The position numbers and the translations under genes were made by a program. 64,000 nucleotides of DNA. Source: Kiritimatiellia bacterium. Lineage in GTDB: Bacteria > Verrucomicrobiota > Kiritimatiellia > RFP12 > UBA1067. This document shows, one piece after another, positions 18,038 to 25,432 of the stretch. How positions within the stretch are numbered: the stretch's first letter is position 1; each line of letters starts with the position of its first letter. The notes under the pieces were generated by a model. That model searched no databases. It saw only the letters and a program-made list of their open reading frames with translations, and was not told the origin of the DNA. The stretch spans positions 23,500 through 87,499 of the forward strand of contig JBJEWD010000044.1 in NCBI GenBank assembly GCA_051884875.1, read 5' to 3'.

Positions 18038-19225
18038 TCAGTAGAAATTGAGGGTGACGACCTTGCGGTAGTTCTTCTCCAGCGCGGCGGCCATGCGGCG
18101 GATGACCGAACGGCGCAGTTCGAGATCCTGCGGAATGTTCGGATCCTGATGGCACTCGTTGACCTTCGTGCCGATGACGAATTCAATGCGGTCATGCCGC
18201 ATCATGCGCTCGAGGATCGCGCGCGCGGCGGCGGGTTCGTTCTCGATCGGGCGCTTCTCCTCGATTGCCGACAGGACGCGTCCGAGCGTCAGGATGCCCT
18301 CGGTGGCGATGCCGATGCCGTCGATCGTGCCGACGGGCGGCAGGGCGCCCGCATTGCGCATCGCGGAAAGCGAGACCTTCACCTTCGCGCCGAGTTCGCG
18401 CTCGACGATGTTCGCCGACGTCCCGCCGCAGACGACGACGTGATCGGGGCCGAGCAGGGCCTGACGCGCGTATTCGGCATCGTGCTCGCGGTAGAACGGC
18501 GGGCCGGTCAGCACGCGCATGACGCGCGGATGCCGCAGATAGACGACGAGACAGCTGATGTCATCCTTGCAGGCATGGGGCGTGATCATCTTCGCCTCGA
18601 CGGCGATGGCCTTCGAAAGGTCGCGCGCGGAGACGTCCGGATCGCTCGCGATCCGCGCCTGCGCGAACTTGAGGACGCCCGAGCGCCGCCAGCCGAACTT
18701 CATGTCCTTGCGCGCGCCGAGACCCGACTGCGTCACGCCGTCGGAGCACATGATGAGGCGGTCGCCCGCCCGGAAATCGAGCTCGCATTCGCGCACGTCG
18801 CGGTCCGGCCAGTGTTCGGAGACGACGCGGTCGTCCTTCAGCGGGGCGACTTCCGTGCCGCCGCGCAGATGGATGAATCCGGGATTCCCCATTTCGAGGA
18901 TACGGGCGCGGCCGCCCAACCGGAAATCGAAGAGCGAGAAGGTCGCGTAGCTGATCTTGCGGACCTCGCAGACGGGCAGCGAGTCCATGATGATCTCGAC
19001 GGCCTCGAGGGTCGGCAGGTTCGACTGCAGGAAGCGCAGCGCCATCGTCGTCGTCATGTTCGCGAGGACGTGCGCCTTCACGCCCGAACCCAGACCGTCC
19101 GACAGCGCCGCGATGTAGCGGTTCTCCTTCTCGACCGTCAGGAGCCGCACGTCGTCACCGCAGGCCGCCTGGCCCGTCTTGGTGAACTGCGCGTACTCCA
19201 TCTCGATGAACAGATCTTCAGCCAT
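18038..19225 (-). CDS. PP2C/SpoIIE-family serine phosphatase with an unassigned C-terminal domain of about 150 aa
   Basis: N-terminal 230 aa carry GDDVRLL, AALSDGLGSGVKAHV and MCSDGV, typical of the PP2C/SpoIIE metal-binding core. I do not recognise the C-terminal region. Overlaps the hydS stop by 8 nt. Confidence 0.8.
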   Translation of the reverse strand: MAEDLFIEMEYAQFTKTGQAACGDDVRLLTVEKENRYIAALSDGLGSGVKAHVLANMTTTMALRFLQSNLPTLEAVEIIMDSLPVCEVRKISYATFSLFDFRLGGRARILEMGNPGFIHLRGGTEVAPLKDDRVVSEHWPDRDVRECELDFRAGDRLIMCSDGVTQSGLGARKDMKFGWRRSGVLKFAQARIASDPDVSARDLSKAIAVEAKMITPHACKDDISCLVVYLRHPRVMRVLTGPPFYREHDAEYARQALLGPDHVVVCGGTSANIVERELGAKVKVSLSAMRNAGALPPVGTIDGIGIATEGILTLGRVLSAIEEKRPIENEPAAARAILERMMRHDRIEFVIGTKVNECHQDPNIPQDLELRRSVIRRMAAALEKNYRKVVTLNFY

Positions 19226-20957
19226 TCAGATAGGCCTCGCTGTTGCCGCCGTTGCGGTTCGTGCCCACGGTGGTGCTCTGATAGGCGCCGGCGATCTCGT
19301 TCAGCATGATTTCGGTCTCGGCGATGTGCTCGCCGAAGAGCCGCGCGACCTGCTGGACGGTGTAGACGTTCTTCATGATGACCTCGCGGGCCTTCGCGGC
19401 GACCTGCTCGCGGCGGAGTTCGTTCGTCGTCACGTCCTGGATGACCGCCCCCGCCGCCTCGCCGCGCGCAATCGAGAACACCGAGATGTTGACGAGCTTG
19501 TCCTTGAGCGGCTGGCGGAACTTCTCGATCTCGCTGCCGTGCTCGAGCGCTCCCGTGAAGAGGTCGGCGAACTCGGGCAGATAGGAATCGACGGGCAGTC
19601 CCTCCAGCGAGCCGAGCGCCTCATACTCCGTCGTCGCGCCGACGAGTTCGGCGAACATCCGGTTGCACTCGGCGATGCAGCCCGCGCCATCGACGAGCAC
19701 GACGCCGGCGGGGATGTACTTGATGAGCGCATTCGAGGTCTTCTCGAAGTTCTTCTTGAGGAAGGTGTGGCACATCGCCTCCTCGGCCTTGCCCTCCAGG
19801 AGCGCCTGCGCGAATTCGCGGCAGGTCGGATAGCCGCACGCGCCGCAGTTGAGTTCGTCTTCCTTCGAGGTCTTGCCGACGCGCGCAAGCGCCGCCGCAA
19901 TCGCCGCCTCGTCGAAGGAAGGACGCGCCACGGCCTCCGCCGGATAGCGCGCGCCGCCGCAATGCGTGAAACAGCGGTCGATCGACGTGCGGATCGGCGC
20001 GATCGCGTCGGTCGCCAGGATCGTTTCCAGCGTCGCGCCCGCGCGCATCGCGGGACCGTTCACGCAGCCGCCATGGCACGCCAGGCATTCGATGAAGACC
20101 GGCCGTGCGTCGGTCTCGTGCGGCGGCGGGGTGACGGAAAGGAGACGGTGGAGGTTGTCGAGCCCGGAGACGGAGATGAAACGCACCTTGTCCGTACCGT
20201 CGCGGATCGTGTCGTTCATGCCGCCTTCGACGGAATAGAAGCGCCCCTCCTCGGCAGGCCCGAGCACGAGCTCGGATTCCTCGGCGACGGCGTCGAGATC
20301 GATGCCCTTCGCCCGCAGCAGTTCCTCCAGCGCCGGGAAGATGAGCGCCAGAGCGAGCTGGTCGGGATTGCGGTCGGCCTCGTTCTTCTTCGCCGCACAG
20401 GGGCCGAAGAAGACGACCTTCACGTCGTCGCCCAGCCTTTCCCGGATGAGCTTGACGTGCGCGCGGACGGGCGACGGCAGCGGGGAGATGTAAGCCGCCC
20501 ACGGCGGCAGATACTTGCGGATCATGTCCACGCACGCGGGACACGCGCTCGAAATCATCACCGAGGTGCGCGGCACCGCCTGGAAGAGTTTGGAGACATG
20601 GGCGCTTACGGATTCGGCGCCATGCGCCGTCTCGGAAACGCCCGCAAAGCCCGCCATCCTGAGCGCGGTCGCCAATCGTCCGATGGAGACGCCCTTGAAA
20701 TAGCCGGCGAAACTCGGCGCGATGGACGCCACCACGCGCTCGCCGCTCTCCAGCAGCTGCAGAAGCCGCGGCAGATCGGGCCGCACCTTCTTCGCATGCG
20801 CCGGGCACACCTTCACGCACTCGCCGCAGGCGACGCACGCCTCGGGGATGACGCTCGCCTTGCCGCCGACGATGCGGATCGCCTTGACGGGGCAGTGGCG
20901 AACGCACTTGTAGCAGTCCTGACACCTGTTGTCGACCGTGTAGACGGGGCCGTTCAT
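19218..20957 (-). CDS. hydS: Sensory-type [FeFe] hydrogenase (HydS-like, group C) with C-terminal PAS domain
   Basis: Start MNGPVYTV at 20957. N-terminal 2x[4Fe-4S]. Modified H-cluster motifs SSACPAC, GPCAAKKNE and ECLACHGGCVNG. Extra CGACGYPTC-x16-C motif. PAS-like IKYIPAGVVLVDGAGCIAECNRMFAEL. Confidence 0.85.
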   Translation of the reverse strand: MNGPVYTVDNRCQDCYKCVRHCPVKAIRIVGGKASVIPEACVACGECVKVCPAHAKKVRPDLPRLLQLLESGERVVASIAPSFAGYFKGVSIGRLATALRMAGFAGVSETAHGAESVSAHVSKLFQAVPRTSVMISSACPACVDMIRKYLPPWAAYISPLPSPVRAHVKLIRERLGDDVKVVFFGPCAAKKNEADRNPDQLALALIFPALEELLRAKGIDLDAVAEESELVLGPAEEGRFYSVEGGMNDTIRDGTDKVRFISVSGLDNLHRLLSVTPPPHETDARPVFIECLACHGGCVNGPAMRAGATLETILATDAIAPIRTSIDRCFTHCGGARYPAEAVARPSFDEAAIAAALARVGKTSKEDELNCGACGYPTCREFAQALLEGKAEEAMCHTFLKKNFEKTSNALIKYIPAGVVLVDGAGCIAECNRMFAELVGATTEYEALGSLEGLPVDSYLPEFADLFTGALEHGSEIEKFRQPLKDKLVNISVFSIARGEAAGAVIQDVTTNELRREQVAAKAREVIMKNVYTVQQVARLFGEHIAETEIMLNEIAGAYQSTTVGTNRNGGNSEAYLNG

Positions 20958-21202
20958 GCGAAGAGACCTTTCAGGATATCCGTCATCACACCCGCATCGA
21001 CGTGGGTGTAGACCCTGTCGTTCGCAATGACGACGGGGCCCGCCGCACAGTTGCCCGTGCAGAGACTGCCCGACAGCTCGCAGTCGACCTCGTCCTGAAG
21101 GCCGCGCTCGGCGAGGAACTTCTCGCAGAGTTCCAGGTTCTTCTCGTTGCCACGGGCGAAGCACGAGCTGCCCATGCAAATCACAATCTTGGGTTTTGCC
21201 AT
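20954..21202 (-). CDS. Thioredoxin-like [2Fe-2S] ferredoxin
   Basis: 82 aa. MAKPKIVICMGSSCFARG...CTGNCAAGPVV is a NuoE-like Cys pattern. ATGA overlap with hydS. Confidence 0.7.
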   Translation of the reverse strand: MAKPKIVICMGSSCFARGNEKNLELCEKFLAERGLQDEVDCELSGSLCTGNCAAGPVVIANDRVYTHVDAGVMTDILKGLFA

Positions 21203-21224
21203 ATTTCCCTCAAGTTAGGTGGAT

Positions 21225-21253
21225 ATTATCCCAAAAATACCTGCAATAGACAA
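21225..21253 (-). promoter_or_regulatory. Sigma70-type promoter of the ferredoxin-hydS operon
   Basis: Minus strand reads TTGTCT-17 nt-GATAAT about 22 nt upstream of the ATG at 21202. Extended similarity to the secG promoter (CCTTGTCT...TTTGG[T/G]ATAAT). Confidence 0.5.
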
Positions 21254-21288
21254 GGATTAGTTGGTGGGTTTGGCGGGCGCGGCGGGGG

Positions 21289-23532
21289 CTACAGCAGATT
21301 GAAGGCGTCCACGTCAAGGGAAAGACGCAGATCCTTCGGCGGCGGACGGACGCCGAGAAGCCAGCGCCAGGATTTGACCGTGAGCGCCACGGACTGGGCG
21401 AGAATCGTAATCTGCCAGCGATACCACCCTTCCGCCTTGGCCAGGACGCCCGGAATCGCATCGCCCACCTCGAGCCCCCTGACCTTCTGCAGCGACTGCG
21501 CGTACATCGCGGCCCATTCGCCGACGAGTGGGAGACTCCTGCTGCTGAGGCTGACGACCGAGAGATGCCGGAACGGCGGATAGCCGAGTTCCCGGCGCAC
21601 CGCAAGTTCCGTCCGGGCGAAGCCCTCGAAGTCGCCGCGCGCCGCCGCGCGGATGGTCGGGGACTCGGGATCATACGTCTGGATGAACACCTCGCCCGGC
21701 AGTTCGGCGCGTCCCGCGCGCCCCGCCACCTGCGCGAAAAGCTGGAACGAGCGCTCCGCCGCACGGAAATCGGGCATGTTCAGCGAACTGTCCGCATTGA
21801 GGATGCCGACGAGCGTCACGTTCGGGAAGTCGAGCCCCTTCGCAATCATCTGCGTGCCGATGAGAATATCGGCCTCGTGACGGCCGAATGCGCCGAGGAT
21901 GTCCTCGTGCGCGTGCCGGCGGCCGGTGGAGTCGGCATCCATGCGCAGGACGCGCGCACGGGGAAAGCAGCGCTTCAGCGCCTCCTCCGCCCGCTGCGTA
22001 CCGACGCCCTTGTAGGAAAGCGTCCGCGCCTTGCATTCGGGACACGCCTGCGGCGTCGGGATCCAGCCGCCGCAGATATGGCAACGGCAGCAGTCGTCCG
22101 CCTGATGGTAGGTGTAGGCGAGGTCGCAGTCGGGGCAGGTGAGGACGCAACCGCACGTCCCGCACGTGACCTGCCGCGAATAGCCGCGTCGATTCAGGAA
22201 AAGCATCACCTGCTCCGCACGGTCGAGCCGCAGACCAATGGCCTCGAGGAGGCGTTGCGAGAAGATGACGGCGTGTCCCGCGCGCTGGCGCTCCTCCTCC
22301 ATGTCGGCGATGGCGACGTAGGGAAGCCGGCCCGCGCCGGCCCGCACCCCCATCGTGGCGCGCGCGTACTTCCCCTTCGCGACGTTGGCCCAGGTCTCCA
22401 GAGAAGGCGTCGCCGACCCGAGCACGACCTTCGCACCCTCGATCCGCCCCCGCATCACGGCGACGTCGCGGGCGTTGTAGCGCGGGGTGTCCTCCTGCTT
22501 GTAGCTCGTCTCATGCTCTTCATCGACGACAATGAGGCCGAGGTTCCGGACGGGCGCGAAGACGGCACTGCGGGGACCGATCACGACCTGCGCCTCGCCG
22601 TTGCGGATGCGATGCCATTCATCGTAGCGTTCGCCATCGGACAGCGCCGAGTGGAGAACGGCGATGCGGTCCCCGAAGCGCGATGCAAAGCGCTGGACCG
22701 TCTGCGGCGTGAGCGCGATCTCCGGCACCATCACGATGGCGCCACGCCCTTGCGCCAGCTCGGCGGCGATCGCCTGCAGATAGACCTCGGTCTTGCCCGA
22801 ACCCGTGATGCCGTGGAGCAGGACGGGTTGCGGGGACGAGATGCCGGCGTGCGGGGATGCCGGGGAGGTGGGCGAGGTGATCAGGGCCAGGGCGGCGGAT
22901 TGGGCGGGGTTGAGCGGGAGCGGCCGGGAGGGCCGGAAGACGCGCCCCGCCAGCGGCGCGCGCCGGCGCACCTGCGGCTCGATGGTGACGAGCCCCCGGG
23001 CCGCCAGCAGCCGGAGACTCGCCGGGGTTGTCTTCAGTTCGCGGCAGAGCGGCTGCATCCAGCCGCCGTCCAGACGGACAATCTGTTCGCAGAGCCACTG
23101 CTGGCGGGCAGTAAGCGCCTGATGCCCGGCGCTGGGCGCGGAGGGCGGAATGGCAGATGCCGCCGGCGCGACGTAGAGCTGCTCCTTCGCGTGCGCATTG
23201 GGCTTGAGAACCGCCGCGGGAACCGCCGCGCGCAGCACGCTTTCGATCGGCGCGGCCGTGTAGGCGGCGATCTGGCGGACCAGCGTCAGGAGATGCGCAC
23301 CGAAGAACGGCACCTCGTCGATGATGGCGGCGATGGGCCTGAGCGTATAGTCCCCCTCCGCCGGCGCGGGGAACGCACCGGCGGCGATCTCCAGCGCGAA
23401 GCCGCGCGCCATGCGGCGACCGAACGGAACGGAAAGAAGCTGGCCGACGGCCAGCTTCTTCCAGAACTCCGCCGGCACCTCGTAGGTGAAGAGCCGGTCG
23501 AGCGCGAGGTCTATCGCGACCTTGACGAGCAC
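21289..23532 (-). CDS. priA: Primosomal protein N' (replication restart helicase)
   Basis: HGITGSGKTEVY Walker A, VVDEEHE, and the Cys-rich zinc region CGTCGCVLTCPDCDLAYTYH...CRCHICG. 747 aa. Confidence 0.93.
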   Translation of the reverse strand: MLVKVAIDLALDRLFTYEVPAEFWKKLAVGQLLSVPFGRRMARGFALEIAAGAFPAPAEGDYTLRPIAAIIDEVPFFGAHLLTLVRQIAAYTAAPIESVLRAAVPAAVLKPNAHAKEQLYVAPAASAIPPSAPSAGHQALTARQQWLCEQIVRLDGGWMQPLCRELKTTPASLRLLAARGLVTIEPQVRRRAPLAGRVFRPSRPLPLNPAQSAALALITSPTSPASPHAGISSPQPVLLHGITGSGKTEVYLQAIAAELAQGRGAIVMVPEIALTPQTVQRFASRFGDRIAVLHSALSDGERYDEWHRIRNGEAQVVIGPRSAVFAPVRNLGLIVVDEEHETSYKQEDTPRYNARDVAVMRGRIEGAKVVLGSATPSLETWANVAKGKYARATMGVRAGAGRLPYVAIADMEEERQRAGHAVIFSQRLLEAIGLRLDRAEQVMLFLNRRGYSRQVTCGTCGCVLTCPDCDLAYTYHQADDCCRCHICGGWIPTPQACPECKARTLSYKGVGTQRAEEALKRCFPRARVLRMDADSTGRRHAHEDILGAFGRHEADILIGTQMIAKGLDFPNVTLVGILNADSSLNMPDFRAAERSFQLFAQVAGRAGRAELPGEVFIQTYDPESPTIRAAARGDFEGFARTELAVRRELGYPPFRHLSVVSLSSRSLPLVGEWAAMYAQSLQKVRGLEVGDAIPGVLAKAEGWYRWQITILAQSVALTVKSWRWLLGVRPPPKDLRLSLDVDAFNLL

Positions 23533-23537
23533 CTTTA

Positions 23538-24284
23538 TCAGGAGCCGGAACCGGTCTTGAGATACTTGAACTGCGAGGCGCTTTCGATCGTGAAGCTCTT
23601 GTTCTTGTAGATCTGATAGAGCTTGCTGTAGCGGGCCTCGATGGCATCCACGCCACCGCCCTTGCGGACGACGACGAAGGATTTGGCGCCAAACGGCGTG
23701 TTGGACTCGCCGCCGTTATCCCTGCCGATACCGACCTCGGTATTCTCCGTGCCCGCGAAGGTCCCCGTCGTGAACAGGGATTCGATCTGCGCATTGCGGG
23801 TGACCAGCACCGGGACGACCTCGTCGATATCGGAGGTAATGCCCTGGGCGACGCACCACATCACGTTGCGGGCCGTGATGTTCTTGCCGGAGAACGGCGG
23901 CACGCCGCACCCGTACAGCACATCGACGTTGGCGGAGCCCTGGAGGTAGGAGTTCCACTTCTGCGTGCCGTAGTTGTCGAGATCGAAGAGATCCTTGAAG
24001 TAGTCGGTCGAGGTGCCGTAGGTCTTGCCGGTAATCTCGGTATCGTCGCTGCCCTTGTTGTCGGACGTGCGCGGCCAGAGCGCGCACTCGTCCTGGTCGG
24101 GGTGGCTGAGACCCGCCGTCGTGATGGCATCGAACAGCTTCTTGCCGTTCATCTTGCATGCGGTCAGTTTCGTCTTCTCCATGGCGCCGGTGATGGCCGG
24201 GAAGAGCACGCCCATCAGGATGCCCAGGATGCCGATGACGACGAGGAGTTCAACGAGCGTAAAACCTTTTGTCAGCTTTTTCAT
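23538..24284 (-). CDS. Prepilin-type N-terminal cleavage/methylation domain protein (pseudopilin-like)
   Basis: Start MKKLTKGFTLVELLVVIGILGILMGVLFPA at 24284, the class-III signal peptide motif. 248 aa. Confidence 0.8.
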   Translation of the reverse strand: MKKLTKGFTLVELLVVIGILGILMGVLFPAITGAMEKTKLTACKMNGKKLFDAITTAGLSHPDQDECALWPRTSDNKGSDDTEITGKTYGTSTDYFKDLFDLDNYGTQKWNSYLQGSANVDVLYGCGVPPFSGKNITARNVMWCVAQGITSDIDEVVPVLVTRNAQIESLFTTGTFAGTENTEVGIGRDNGGESNTPFGAKSFVVVRKGGGVDAIEARYSKLYQIYKNKSFTIESASQFKYLKTGSGS

Positions 24285-24324
24285 AGTTGTATCTGCCCTT
24301 TCGGTGATCTTCGATTGTGGTCGT

Positions 24325-24353
24325 ATTATCTCACAAATGTCATTTGCGTTCAA
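24325..24353 (-). promoter_or_regulatory. Putative sigma70-type promoter for the pseudopilin-like gene
   Basis: Minus strand reads TTGAAC-17 nt-GATAAT, overlapping the pgsA stop region, about 40 nt upstream of the ATG at 24284. Confidence 0.4.
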
Positions 24354-24972
24354 GTGCCTTTTTGAGATAAGGCAGATAGGACGACGTATAGGTGAAGAAA
24401 CTGTAGATGTTGAGGCCGATCATGAACGCCTCGACGGCGAAGCAGCTCCAGAGCCACGCCTGCCGCGCCCCGGCCGCATCCGCCGGGAGACATGCGTTCA
24501 GCACCAGATAGGCGTAGACCCATCCCGCCGCCGGGAACGAGAGCGCCGTCCTGACCTTGCCGAGCCACATGGCCTGCACGTCGGCGCCGTAGAGCGTGCC
24601 GACCGAACGCATGAACGTGACCCAGAGATCGCGCAGGATGTAGAGGATCGTGAAGACGAGCATCACGAGCGCATGGACGTCGTCGCCCTGATGGGCGATC
24701 ATCCACGTGAGCGTGGGGAACGTCACGACGTAGAACACCTTGTCCATCAGCGGATCGGCCATCTTGCCGAGCTGCGAGACGGCCTTCCACCGGCGCGCGA
24801 GATAGCCGTCGAAGAAGTCCGTCACGCCGGAGAGAAGCATCGCCGTCCCCGCGAAGAACGTCACCCAGGGCCCGGCGTCGTACTCCTCGACAACGGCCAG
24901 CACGAGCCATGCGAAGATCAGCGGAACGCGGAGAAACGTCAGGGCGTTGACGCAGACGACCCGGGAGTTCAC
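24340..24972 (-). CDS. pgsA: CDP-alcohol phosphatidyltransferase (PgsA-like)
   Basis: DFFDGYLARRWKAVSQLGKMADPLMDK matches D-x2-DG-x2-AR-x8-G-x3-D-x3-D. GTG start at 24972 overlaps the upstream stop as GTGA. The ORF-track extension to 25245 was rejected. Confidence 0.8.
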   Translation of the reverse strand: MNSRVVCVNALTFLRVPLIFAWLVLAVVEEYDAGPWVTFFAGTAMLLSGVTDFFDGYLARRWKAVSQLGKMADPLMDKVFYVVTFPTLTWMIAHQGDDVHALVMLVFTILYILRDLWVTFMRSVGTLYGADVQAMWLGKVRTALSFPAAGWVYAYLVLNACLPADAAGARQAWLWSCFAVEAFMIGLNIYSFFTYTSSYLPYLKKALERK

Positions 24973-25334
24973 TTGGCGGCAAGCCCCTCTGCGACGACCT
25001 GCTGCATGACCGCCAGCGTCTCGCCGATCTGCGTCAGACGCGTCTTGAGCGCCTGGATCTCGAGCTCCGCCTTCTGGTAGTTGCGGCGCGTGGCGAACAG
25101 CTGCTTGAGGACCTCGCCCACGTCCAGATCGAGATCGGTCAGCTGCATGCCCTCGGGAATCGGAACGAGAACGGACTCCCCGCATCCGGAGCAATTGATC
25201 TGCAGACCCGCCCCGCGGTAGTCTATCACCAGATTCTTGCCGCAATGCGGACAGTCGAACACGATGTCGGTGTCACGGATCTCCGAAGCCTCGGCATCCT
25301 GCGCCTCGGCATCCACGTTCATATTCTCTTCCAT
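24969..25334 (-). CDS. Hypothetical zinc-ribbon plus coiled-coil protein
   Basis: 121 aa with CPHCG...CSGCG (a CxxC-x16-CxxC ribbon) followed by a heptad-like helix. Coupled to pgsA. Confidence 0.55.
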   Translation of the reverse strand: MEENMNVDAEAQDAEASEIRDTDIVFDCPHCGKNLVIDYRGAGLQINCSGCGESVLVPIPEGMQLTDLDLDVGEVLKQLFATRRNYQKAELEIQALKTRLTQIGETLAVMQQVVAEGLAAK

Positions 25335-25363
25335 GATGGCTTGCCCTTTCGTTGACCGGGGGA

Positions 25364-25392
25364 ATTATATAACAAAAACAACGCCAAGGCAA
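25364..25392 (-). promoter_or_regulatory. Putative sigma70-type promoter for the Zn-ribbon/pgsA operon
   Basis: Minus strand reads TTGCCT-17 nt-TATAAT, about 30 nt upstream of the ATG at 25334. Confidence 0.45.
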
Positions 25393-25396
25393 GCGC

Positions 25397-25425
25397 ATGA
25401 AGGGCGGCTTCGTATTTGCTATAAT
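25397..25425 (+). promoter_or_regulatory. Putative extended -10 promoter of polA (possibly leaderless mRNA)
   Basis: TGcTATAAT at 25417-25425 lies only 7 nt before the polA ATG at 25433. The -35 is weak (ATGAAG) and there is no SD. Confidence 0.4.
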
Positions 25426-25432
25426 CTAGGGC

